This document shows positions 49,553-58,318 of a DNA stretch of 64,000 nucleotides, piece by piece. Position 1 is the stretch's first letter. Each line of letters opens with the position of its first letter. Both the position numbers and the translations under genes were made by a program. Where the stretch lies: contig CALFJG010000072.1 in assembly GCA_937877625.1 (NCBI GenBank), forward strand, positions 50,683-114,682, read 5' to 3'. The stretch comes from an uncultured Prevotellaceae bacterium (GTDB taxonomy: Bacteria; Bacteroidota; Bacteroidia; Bacteroidales; Bacteroidaceae). The notes under the pieces were generated by a model. That model had not been told where the DNA came from. It worked only from the letters and a program-made list of their open reading frames with translations, and searched no databases.

Positions 49553-51016
49553 TCATTGCCAATCAGGTTCATACTTTTCTACGCTATACGTTCGATAGAG
49601 AGTGCCATTAGGCATTTCAGCATAGGTTTCACGAATAATTATCTTCTTATTCTTCGACTGGTGGAGGAAAGAAAGTCCGCTGTCGCGAATAGTAGTATAA
49701 TCAGCCATCGTGGTAAGGTGATCCTTTGCCAGTTTCTCAATATAAGAAGCAGTAAAAGGAAAATCACTCACAGGGGGCAGATGATGAGATAAATGAAAAG
49801 CTATGTCGTTTTGTGCATCAGCGGATTCTAACCTCACATTATAGCGACCAAGAAGAAAATCTTGATAAGCTAATTCACATATCACACCCCATTCCGACAA
49901 AGGCTCAACGTCTTTTGTCACTGCAACAAGTTGACTACCGTTATATACCAATGCGCCACCGCTTGATGTAACACGTACACGGTTGTTCTCATGGCCATTA
50001 TAATAGCGATAATCTCCACGTTGTTCATAGCCCATAGTAGTTATATCATCAAGCCAATCCCACACGGCAACACGATTGGCATAATCTGGATCATAGTAAG
50101 GATTTGGCAATGTTTCAGACTGTGTCAATTCAACTATTTCAGGCAGCGGTTTCAATGCCACATAGGAAGGAAAAGTCTTTTTTATCCAAGGTACCCACAG
50201 CTCTCCAAATTTTTGTTCAAAAAGATAACCTTTGTTAGGTTCGTTGTAAAGATTACGCAAATCTTTACAAAGATCACTAAACTCACTAATTACAGGCTTA
50301 AATCCGCGATGAGCCATAGAAGAATGGCGCAACGTTTCTATATTTCTTTGGTACTCCGCTTCTATATAATCTTCGCGAGAAGCCTCGTAGGCTTCTAACA
50401 CCTCTTGCCGCAGAGGTTCATAGTATTTGGGGCTATTCTTTAGTTTTACTGCTTTTTCTGTATTCCAAAACTCATTGAAGATCCCATTCATTCCCAGTTC
50501 TCGCGTAGCGTCATCATAATTTTGAAGTCCTTCAATCTTCTTTCTTGCATCGCGAATTTCATTTAGAATAATATCGCGATACTTCACACGTATCTCTGTT
50601 GTGGCATATCGGTCAAAAAGCGTATCAAAAGGGGCTGACTTGATAGAATTAAGGCCTTTGTTGTAAGAATCCGTGGCCTGCTGGCGCGCCGTATTATCTA
50701 TATCTTCTGGCAGGTGGGCATCGGTATAACGAAAGAGATCCTCCATAAAAGCCTCATCCAGCTCAGGAGGAAGTCCTGTTGATTTCTTTGCCATTAAGTT
50801 ATTCCACGCCTTAATTAGTTCACTTTGATATGCCTGTACGTCATTATAAAGGTTGCAGCGAATATTGAGTGTATCGCGTGTAACCTCAGTGTAAGTAAGC
50901 GAAGTGCGGTCTGCTTCGCTTAGTGTAGTGGAAAGTATTTGAGCCTTGGCGAATGACGTTCCTGCTACAAAGAGCATCAACACACCAAGAACCCAGAAAA
51001 ACCACTTTTTATACAT
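49553..51016 (-). CDS. Exported hypothetical protein
   Basis: 487 aa; signal peptide; own TACTTTTG at 51050-51057; no motif recognised. Confidence 0.7.
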   Translation of the reverse strand: MYKKWFFWVLGVLMLFVAGTSFAKAQILSTTLSEADRTSLTYTEVTRDTLNIRCNLYNDVQAYQSELIKAWNNLMAKKSTGLPPELDEAFMEDLFRYTDAHLPEDIDNTARQQATDSYNKGLNSIKSAPFDTLFDRYATTEIRVKYRDIILNEIRDARKKIEGLQNYDDATRELGMNGIFNEFWNTEKAVKLKNSPKYYEPLRQEVLEAYEASREDYIEAEYQRNIETLRHSSMAHRGFKPVISEFSDLCKDLRNLYNEPNKGYLFEQKFGELWVPWIKKTFPSYVALKPLPEIVELTQSETLPNPYYDPDYANRVAVWDWLDDITTMGYEQRGDYRYYNGHENNRVRVTSSGGALVYNGSQLVAVTKDVEPLSEWGVICELAYQDFLLGRYNVRLESADAQNDIAFHLSHHLPPVSDFPFTASYIEKLAKDHLTTMADYTTIRDSGLSFLHQSKNKKIIIRETYAEMPNGTLYRTYSVEKYEPDWQ

Positions 51017-51224
51017 TACTGATTGATTTTTGATTTGTTATGGTGGCGGCAAAAGTAGCATTTTCTGACTAAACCATTGTTATTTATGTATGATTTTTAG
51101 TTTTACAGGAACAAAGGCTCTGTTTTTCTTTTTCTTAACTTAACAAAATTCAAGTTTCGTAAGTCCTAAAAAGGCAACGAGCGTAGCAATGCTGTCTCCT
51201 TTATAAGGCAAGCAGGCGAGCGGC

Positions 51225-51289
51225 CTGTCGGAGCGCACGCGGCTCGCGTGCAAAAGGATGCAGGCGAGGATGCCTGCGCTCCCTGACAG
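51225..51289. repeat. REP-like inverted doublet
   Basis: GGAGCGCACGCGGCTCGCGTGC (51230-51251) and inverted GGAGCGCAGGCATCCTCGCCTGC (51260-51282), each a short palindrome, flanked by ctgtc/gacag. Confidence 0.65.
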
Positions 51290-51572
51290 TTGCACCTTGA
51301 ATGCTCTGCCTGCAACACGGGTATGTTTTCATCACTCCCGACACTTGAATCATAACCATAGCATTGACCTGAGGAGGGCAAAAGCGGGAAAGAGGAAATA
51401 GGTCGGACGGAGTGTTAATCGTGGTCGGACTAAGTTTGGACACGGTCGGACTATGTTAGGAGTGCATACGGCTTGAGAAGGTTGCACCTTGGTGGCTATT
51501 CCTCCGACAATGATAGGCTTCACTACTTCCGAAACTTGAATTAACAAAAAGATAAAGAAATGATTTACAATC

Positions 51573-54197
51573 TTACTTTTCATAGAATATCAATCCGCCA
51601 TTAGTTGTTACACCTCGTGCTGAAACAACAACTTTATTCAAGGGATATGCTCCAGCAAAGAACTGAACTACCACATTACCATTAACATCGCTTTTTATAT
51701 AAGGATTCCAATAAAGAGTTCGTCGCTTGTCGGCAGATGTAGGAAAGTCGGTGGTATGATAATCGGGATGATAGAACTCGGCCGGAATAGAAAAACCATG
51801 TATCGTACGCTTTTCCACGCCACGCTTGCTACGAAAATAAGCATAGTCGGGTCGGGTGTAAAGAAAGATAGCCGTAGGATTAAGGCTCTCAAGTTCAGAA
51901 ACAACAACAGAAGCAGGCAGGAAAGGCCTCCAAAGCACAGGTTCGCGCATTAACACGATACTTTTTACTTCATCTGCAAATATCAGCGGATCATCTCCTT
52001 TGTAGCGTTGCAAGAAAAGTTCATTGTCCACAAACACCATTGCTGGACGCCCGGCATAGCGAAACATATAGACATTAGGCGTAGAGACATTACTATTGCT
52101 ATCGCCAATGGTTTCAAGAAGCTTCATATACTGCTTATCATTGGTGTCAAGATCAGGAAAATAATCAAATGCTTCGTCCTGCTCTCGCAACACATCCCAA
52201 ATAAGCCCTGGATCTCCACCGCTATCTTTAATCTGCTCCACTATTTGCTCCATATTATAATAAGTGGTTGCCCGGCGCATTCCTGCTGTTTCACCTCCGA
52301 GATAGGTATAGGTTCCTCCTCTCAATCCACGGTAGCCTCGGTGTGTTATCGTTGCTTCTCCTATCTGCCCCTGAAATTTAGCTGGAATTTCTGTTTCCTC
52401 AGAAACGTCTGGGATTTCTGCATCCACTTGTGCCGTATCCTCTGGGCTATAAAGTGGTGGACTTATCTGCATCTCTTGAGTTGCAAAAGAACGTGCGGGA
52501 GGGCAGAACCATCTATTGAGAGCTACACGACTCCATACGGGTTTGCCATCTACTCGTGTTGTAAACTGAGCTATCCAGTCACCTATATAATCTTCGTTGG
52601 AAGCAAAAGCAAAACCACCGGCACTATCCGTTAGTGCTGTGCTACGAAGATGGTATCCCGCTTTGTTGAACATTGTTAAACCGAGTGTCACACCAGATCG
52701 TGGCCGCTCGCGGTTAGAATTTTTGAGGACTCGCCCCTGGAGGAGAAGGCGATCTTCTACGGGATATTCTAAATTAAAACTATCACGACCCGCCATCACC
52801 TCAAAACGATTTCGCATCCACCCCTGCACCATCAGCAAGTTATCAAGCGCGGTGCGACGCTCTGGCTCCTCGGCAGAAAAGTACCACTGCGGATCTTCCA
52901 CATAGCCACGCAACTCACTACATAGCAGTAGCTCGGTTGCTAAATCTTCATCAGGTGTCGCACATAATTCGGAGGTTCTATCTCTCACTGCGAGCGAAAA
53001 AGTGCTTTGCACTGGTTTTCCAAAAACATTACGAAGTGCTATCTGAAGCTTTACGGGCGAGAAAGGTTTGTAATTAGGAACACTTTGTTTCACCTCCATA
53101 CTAATACGCCGCGCAGTAGGCGGTCCCCATACGAGACGTCGTGCTAAGGAATGTCCTTGACTATTAAAAAGCTCTATCCGATTTACCCCGTCGCCAAGCA
53201 ACTTGCGACTTATTTGAAGTTCTACAGGCAACTCTCCCACTGTAAGTGTGTCAAAATACACAGCCTCATCACGGCACATCACTGCTATAGCAAGAAGTTC
53301 CGGTTTTGCCTCCTCTCTTCGTGCTACGACAACATCAAGATCTCCGTTCATATTGGCAGAAAGAGCATAATCGGCTGCCTCATTCACAGAAGGCAGATCA
53401 AAACGCGTCCCTCGCACTTTGGCGTAAGCCTGATCTATGTTTGCAGGCAACAAAAAAGAGCCCATACCGAGATGAAGCGGAACGGAAGTAAGGAGGAGTT
53501 TGTGAGTGAGACCATTATATATATATATGGTGTCCTTGAGTGCCGTGCTTTCACCTTCCTCTGTTAAGGTATATGCTATACGAGTTGGTAAACCTTTCAC
53601 ACGGTTTCCGCCTTCTGGATAAAAACACAAACGCGGTTTCTTACTTCGCGAAAAGTTGAACGGTCGTGGATGCCCATGGCGTAAATCGGCTTCTACACGT
53701 GGACGTATTATTTCTAACGGTGCAGCATCGCTATTTGCTTCGGCCTTAAACACAGGCACCACGCGTGAGAAACAAGCCTCACCGCCCCAACTAAGCATCT
53801 CGCGAGTATAGGCACGTACCTCATAAAAAGCACCACCTCGTACTGGTAGTTCTAACTTAAATTCGCCGTTAGCACCACCTAAGGAATCCACGCGCAACAG
53901 TTTTCGGAAAATTATATCGCCGTCGGTATTGAGTAATTCAGCATAAAGCACACGGCTCAAAGGTGCGGGGCAGAGCGATGAAGCGCGCACTACATAGGCT
54001 TTAAACCAGATTGTCTCTCCCTCAAAATACGCATTGTTGTCTAAATGTAAATAAACAGCCTCACGGGGATAACGATAATCAAACTCAGAGAGTGCAGCAA
54101 ACTGCGCCACCAAGTCTGTTGGTATTTTTTCCGTCTGCGCTAAGCCTTTGAAAACAAACGCCACAACAATCAAGAATAATATAGAAAAGCGTTTCAT
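51573..54197 (-). CDS. Large exported protein, macroglobulin(MG2)-like Bacteroidetes family
   Basis: Signal peptide; VYLHLD...YFEGETIWFKAY, FYPEGG, LLLCSELRGYVEDP, RRTLYWNP. Confidence 0.6.
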   Translation of the reverse strand: MKRFSILFLIVVAFVFKGLAQTEKIPTDLVAQFAALSEFDYRYPREAVYLHLDNNAYFEGETIWFKAYVVRASSLCPAPLSRVLYAELLNTDGDIIFRKLLRVDSLGGANGEFKLELPVRGGAFYEVRAYTREMLSWGGEACFSRVVPVFKAEANSDAAPLEIIRPRVEADLRHGHPRPFNFSRSKKPRLCFYPEGGNRVKGLPTRIAYTLTEEGESTALKDTIYIYNGLTHKLLLTSVPLHLGMGSFLLPANIDQAYAKVRGTRFDLPSVNEAADYALSANMNGDLDVVVARREEAKPELLAIAVMCRDEAVYFDTLTVGELPVELQISRKLLGDGVNRIELFNSQGHSLARRLVWGPPTARRISMEVKQSVPNYKPFSPVKLQIALRNVFGKPVQSTFSLAVRDRTSELCATPDEDLATELLLCSELRGYVEDPQWYFSAEEPERRTALDNLLMVQGWMRNRFEVMAGRDSFNLEYPVEDRLLLQGRVLKNSNRERPRSGVTLGLTMFNKAGYHLRSTALTDSAGGFAFASNEDYIGDWIAQFTTRVDGKPVWSRVALNRWFCPPARSFATQEMQISPPLYSPEDTAQVDAEIPDVSEETEIPAKFQGQIGEATITHRGYRGLRGGTYTYLGGETAGMRRATTYYNMEQIVEQIKDSGGDPGLIWDVLREQDEAFDYFPDLDTNDKQYMKLLETIGDSNSNVSTPNVYMFRYAGRPAMVFVDNELFLQRYKGDDPLIFADEVKSIVLMREPVLWRPFLPASVVVSELESLNPTAIFLYTRPDYAYFRSKRGVEKRTIHGFSIPAEFYHPDYHTTDFPTSADKRRTLYWNPYIKSDVNGNVVVQFFAGAYPLNKVVVSARGVTTNGGLIFYEK

Positions 54198-54240
54198 TGG
54201 TTAAAGGTATGTTCTCTTTATTAAAGAATGATCTTTGTTT

Positions 54241-54327
54241 GTTCTTTTCGACATATCTGCCGCCAAGCCTTTGACACGTAGTGCGCTAAACATCGGCGGG
54301 CTTAATGACAAATCGGCTCAAAAGAAC
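54241..54327 (-). other. Long G-U-rich hairpin, candidate structured RNA
   Basis: Minus strand: gttctttt/aaaagaac closing stem plus atttgtcattaagcc/ggcttggcggcagat pairing 14 of 15 with 4 G-U pairs. Confidence 0.45.
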
Positions 54328-54375
54328 GTAAGAGCTATTCAAGACTAACTTATAGAATCCACCCAAAAGCGAAAA

Positions 54376-54440
54376 AAGTTTTAAGAAGCTTAAAAGGTTT
54401 CAACCCGCATGGATTAAAACCTTTTAAGCTCCTTAAACTT
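54376..54440. repeat. Inverted repeat at aroB 3' end (possible terminator)
   Basis: agcttaaaaggttt / aaaccttttaagct perfect 14-bp core with imperfect extension. Confidence 0.65.
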
Positions 54441-55461
54441 GATTTAATGCTTGTATAATCTGTCTCTCTGTAGCTTGATTGTCAAGGCTTGGACATCCCA
54501 CATCAGAAAGAAGTGTAAAGTTTATATGTCCTGCGGTGTTTTTTTTGTCATGGCGCATAAATTGGAGCAATGCGGGATAGTCTTTATCCGAAAGAGGGAA
54601 TGTACCATAATACTGATGTACAAAACGCAAAGTCTCCTGCATTTTCTCCTCCGGAAAATCTGTAAGCAAACAAGCGAGATAGAGTTCACAACAAAGCCCA
54701 AAAGCCACGGCATAACCATGAAGTATCGGCCTCCCTCGTTGCAGAGCTAAACTCTCAAAGGCGTGGCCAAACGTATGTCCGAGGTTCAGTGCTTTGCGCA
54801 AGGAATGTTCGTGAGGGTCGCGCTCCACAATACTACTCTTCACAGCAATACTTTGCTCCACCATCTGTTGCAACGCGCCAAGATTGGGATGCTCAAGCGA
54901 AAAATTTATATGGTCGTACCACATCTCTTCGCTACTCAATAAAGCATGTTTCAACATCTCAGCATAGCCCGAACGCAGGTTCTCGTCATCAAGGGTATGA
55001 AGGAACGAGGTGTCAATTACCACGGCTTCGCTATTGCGAAAAGCACCTATTTCGTTTTTCAATCCGCTAAAGTTAATGCCAGTCTTCCCGCCTACAGCAG
55101 CATCTACCATAGAAAGGAGAGTGGTGGGGATATTTACGAAACGTATGCCACGCTTAAATGTAGCCGCCGCAAAACCACCGATGTCGGTTATCATACCGCC
55201 ACCGAGATTTACGAGCAGAGAATGTCGGGAAGCACCGCCGTTGATTAACGCCTGCCAAATTTTGCAAAGAGACTCTATACCCTTATTGGCATCACTCGCT
55301 CCTATCACTATAGGCACAGCATTCTTAAGAGCCGTATTTGCCACCAAGGGAAAGCATAATCTCTCTGTGTTCTCGTCCATCAACAGAAAGAGACCATCAC
55401 AAGATATTTTGGTTAGTAAACTATCCAACTCTTCTATAGTCTTCTGGACGTAATATATCAT
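54433..55461 (-). CDS. aroB: 3-dehydroquinate synthase
   Basis: LGGGMITDIGGF, PTTLLSMVDAAVGGKTGIN, LNLGHTFGHA, HDKKN. Confidence 0.95.
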   Translation of the reverse strand: MIYYVQKTIEELDSLLTKISCDGLFLLMDENTERLCFPLVANTALKNAVPIVIGASDANKGIESLCKIWQALINGGASRHSLLVNLGGGMITDIGGFAAATFKRGIRFVNIPTTLLSMVDAAVGGKTGINFSGLKNEIGAFRNSEAVVIDTSFLHTLDDENLRSGYAEMLKHALLSSEEMWYDHINFSLEHPNLGALQQMVEQSIAVKSSIVERDPHEHSLRKALNLGHTFGHAFESLALQRGRPILHGYAVAFGLCCELYLACLLTDFPEEKMQETLRFVHQYYGTFPLSDKDYPALLQFMRHDKKNTAGHINFTLLSDVGCPSLDNQATERQIIQALNQV

Positions 55462-55504
55462 AGGCTTTTAGGCTTTATGTGTGTTCCACTTATAGAACTG
55501 GGCT

Positions 55505-58291
55505 TTATTGAGTGACAACAACCTTACGTCCCTTATAGATAAAGATTCCAGGACGCGAAGGTGTGTTCACTGGGCGGCCTTGAATGTCGTACCACTTTCC
55601 TATAACGTCAGAAGCGTTACCTATTGATATTTGTTCTATTGCCGTAGGAAGAGCTATGGCTAACGTTGCGGCTTCGGTGGTTTCGCGGTCAAGATAGGCT
55701 GTATAAGCTTTCAGTGTGCCATCACTCAAAACAAACGCGGCTTCTTCACCGAGAACAAAGGCTGCATTGCTTTCAGCAGTAGTGCGCTTCTCTACACCAA
55801 CCAATAAGTTAGCCTCAGGCGTTTCTTCCGTGTTGTTTTCCATTTGTGAAAGGACGTATTCACCTGGTTCATCACTGATTATCAAAGCGGGTGTAAAAGC
55901 AGGAACAACACCGTCAGGGAGTGTTTCTATAGTTACGCTTGCTTCGCCTTTTTCTGTGATTGCAGCTGCTGTGAGATTACTTGGGAGAGCTACACTGAAA
56001 GGCAAGTAGATTGTAGTAGCAGCAAAAGCTCCCGTACCTTGAGTCTCTATAACAAACTGTTTGACAGGTTCTATAATCCAAGAAGCCGTTTCCGCTGTGT
56101 TACGTCCTCCGGTGAGTACACCCTCTTCTGTGAGATTTATATAGTTGTTGCTACCTGTTGTACCTCCATCGCGAAGAAGCCAAGCCGAGTGTGTGTCTGT
56201 GGGATTTGTTATACTATAACTATGCGTAGCAGGTTCGTCCAGCATTGTAATGTCACGTGTACCTGATGCCACACCGAGGAATTTTCCATTTTCAGGATTG
56301 AGTACATAATATGTTCCGATATTACCTACGGGCAAGATACGCCACAACTGACTGCGGTCGCTTGTAGCAGCAGTCTTTGCCGAAAGCGTTGTAGCATCCA
56401 CAGGGGCTGAAAATACTACTGAACCATCAGGGCTAACAATCCTATAGAGTTGATTACGCTCTATCGTCACTCGCTCTGTATCGCTACAGAATTGGTTGTA
56501 TGACGTTTGCAAATTGTTGAAAGCCGTATTTGTGAGACTGTAATCTTCTGCTGCTACCACAAGCGTTTCCACACTGCCACCTACATACTGCCCAACGTTT
56601 GTGCCGATATTTGCTGAAACCTCAGCTGCAAAGTCTTGCATAGTTACTGCAGCCTCGGTAATCACTACAGGAGCTGCTGTACTCATCACACTTAGTTTAC
56701 GCTGCCCATCATCCGCGAGATAGACTGTATTCTTCGCTCCTACCGGCGACATATACCAAGTACCCGTTGTACCTCCATTGCTAATTGCCCAGAAAGGAAA
56801 CTCTCCCTCTTGAATAAAGGGTAAGTCAGTGCTTATAGGCTCGTCTTTTAAGGCAAGCGAGCGTGCTGTACCTGCCGAGCGATTATATACGCGATAACCT
56901 TCTACGTTATTACCTACAAAGCACCATAGATCGTTGTCGGTAATAGAAGATAACTCAGAAGAACTCAAATAGTAGTGGCTCGGCGCATCGGCTGCATATC
57001 TCATATAACGTCCATCTACATTGATGGTGTACCAACGTGTAGTGTCAGCAAACGCATTCTCTGCTATTGTGGTAGGCACTACAGGCTGGCTTCTCAGACT
57101 ACGTTCATAGTAAACATAAACTACGGTAGGTGCAGTCACAGCGGAGGTGGCAGAAGTGATGCCATCAGCAGCTTTCATTGACAAACGCTTATAACCTGAA
57201 AAAGTAGGCGCACTCAAACGATTCGTACTCTTAGCATAAGTTTGCACATCCATTAAACGGCTATATTGCCCATCTGTTTCGTAGCAGATATAGGTAACAG
57301 GGAAATACTTGTCAGAATTTGCGAGCGTAACAGGAATAAGTTGATAGCGTGAATTACCTTCGCTGGAACTCCATCCCACGGGCTTTGCACTCTGTGCGTT
57401 GATATACTGTGAAGAAGCGGCATTGTAAAGGTTGAAACTACCGGCCGTACTACTGGCTGTGATGGTAAACGTAATAGGCACTTCGCCTGTGGCTACAGTA
57501 GAACCCGACAAACCCGAGATAAAATTACCCGTAACACCTGTTTCTATTGTATAGGTGTCACCAATTTTGTGGAAGGTAAAGACATAAGGCATCGCGGTGA
57601 TATTGTTCTTTGCCGGGGCACTTGCATTAAAAGAAAGGGCATCACCGGTGTCGAAAGCATATTTTGACATTCCTGTGCTATAAAGAAGGAATGATGCCCC
57701 ATCGGTAATATCGCTGATGGAACTAATGCGTGTACCTATATTGGAGATTATGGGAACATTCGTTTGCTGTGTTACAGTGAGCCATACGGCAGATTGTATT
57801 TTGATTTGATGGTCATCAGATAACGTTCCTGCAACCTCAAAAGAAAGTGCATCGGGCTGAGAGGCACTCTCGCCCTGCACCAATATACTCCCACTACTAC
57901 TCCCGCTAAGTCCTATTACTCCGCCACTTGTATAGGCGTACCAAGTAGCAGGTTCGGCAGCAGGAGAAAGAAAGATGGGTGTAGCAGCTTCAACAAGCGG
58001 GCAAACACCCTCCGCTGTGGAGAGGAAAGTGCTATCTGAGAGGTTATAAAGAAAATAAGCCCCGAGAGTCTCGCTATATACCACGCCCCATTTGTGGCTC
58101 TCATCGGCAGTTGCTACCGTACGAGCATCAGTACAAGCCTTTCCATCTTTTGCATAGAGATAGCCCTTTGAACCTTGACGAATATAATAGGACTGTGTGG
58201 CACTTATTTCGCTAAGCGAAGAAATATCCTCGGCAAAAGCTACGACTATGCCGAGCAAAAGAAAAAACAAAAAAGATATATTGCGTTTCAT
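55505..58291 (-). CDS. Large secreted Ser/Thr-rich beta protein with T9SS-like C-terminal tail
   Basis: Signal peptide; trefoil-like repeats (DLWCFVG, SQLWRI, ASWIIEPV); tail TAIEQI...WYDIQGRPV...PGIFIYKGRKVVV. Confidence 0.7.
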   Translation of the reverse strand: MKRNISFLFFLLLGIVVAFAEDISSLSEISATQSYYIRQGSKGYLYAKDGKACTDARTVATADESHKWGVVYSETLGAYFLYNLSDSTFLSTAEGVCPLVEAATPIFLSPAAEPATWYAYTSGGVIGLSGSSSGSILVQGESASQPDALSFEVAGTLSDDHQIKIQSAVWLTVTQQTNVPIISNIGTRISSISDITDGASFLLYSTGMSKYAFDTGDALSFNASAPAKNNITAMPYVFTFHKIGDTYTIETGVTGNFISGLSGSTVATGEVPITFTITASSTAGSFNLYNAASSQYINAQSAKPVGWSSSEGNSRYQLIPVTLANSDKYFPVTYICYETDGQYSRLMDVQTYAKSTNRLSAPTFSGYKRLSMKAADGITSATSAVTAPTVVYVYYERSLRSQPVVPTTIAENAFADTTRWYTINVDGRYMRYAADAPSHYYLSSSELSSITDNDLWCFVGNNVEGYRVYNRSAGTARSLALKDEPISTDLPFIQEGEFPFWAISNGGTTGTWYMSPVGAKNTVYLADDGQRKLSVMSTAAPVVITEAAVTMQDFAAEVSANIGTNVGQYVGGSVETLVVAAEDYSLTNTAFNNLQTSYNQFCSDTERVTIERNQLYRIVSPDGSVVFSAPVDATTLSAKTAATSDRSQLWRILPVGNIGTYYVLNPENGKFLGVASGTRDITMLDEPATHSYSITNPTDTHSAWLLRDGGTTGSNNYINLTEEGVLTGGRNTAETASWIIEPVKQFVIETQGTGAFAATTIYLPFSVALPSNLTAAAITEKGEASVTIETLPDGVVPAFTPALIISDEPGEYVLSQMENNTEETPEANLLVGVEKRTTAESNAAFVLGEEAAFVLSDGTLKAYTAYLDRETTEAATLAIALPTAIEQISIGNASDVIGKWYDIQGRPVNTPSRPGIFIYKGRKVVVTQ

Positions 58292-58318
58292 AATGACAAT
58301 GGTATTAAAAAGGACTGA

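Noticed and set aside
51166..51583. Three short minus-strand ORFs
   Set aside because: They overlap REP-like and phased repeats and show no protein-like features.
54241..54327. Integron attC site or SAM-II riboswitch
   Set aside because: GTT/AAC ends are in the wrong order for attC, no integrase is present and the SAM-II 3' consensus is absent.
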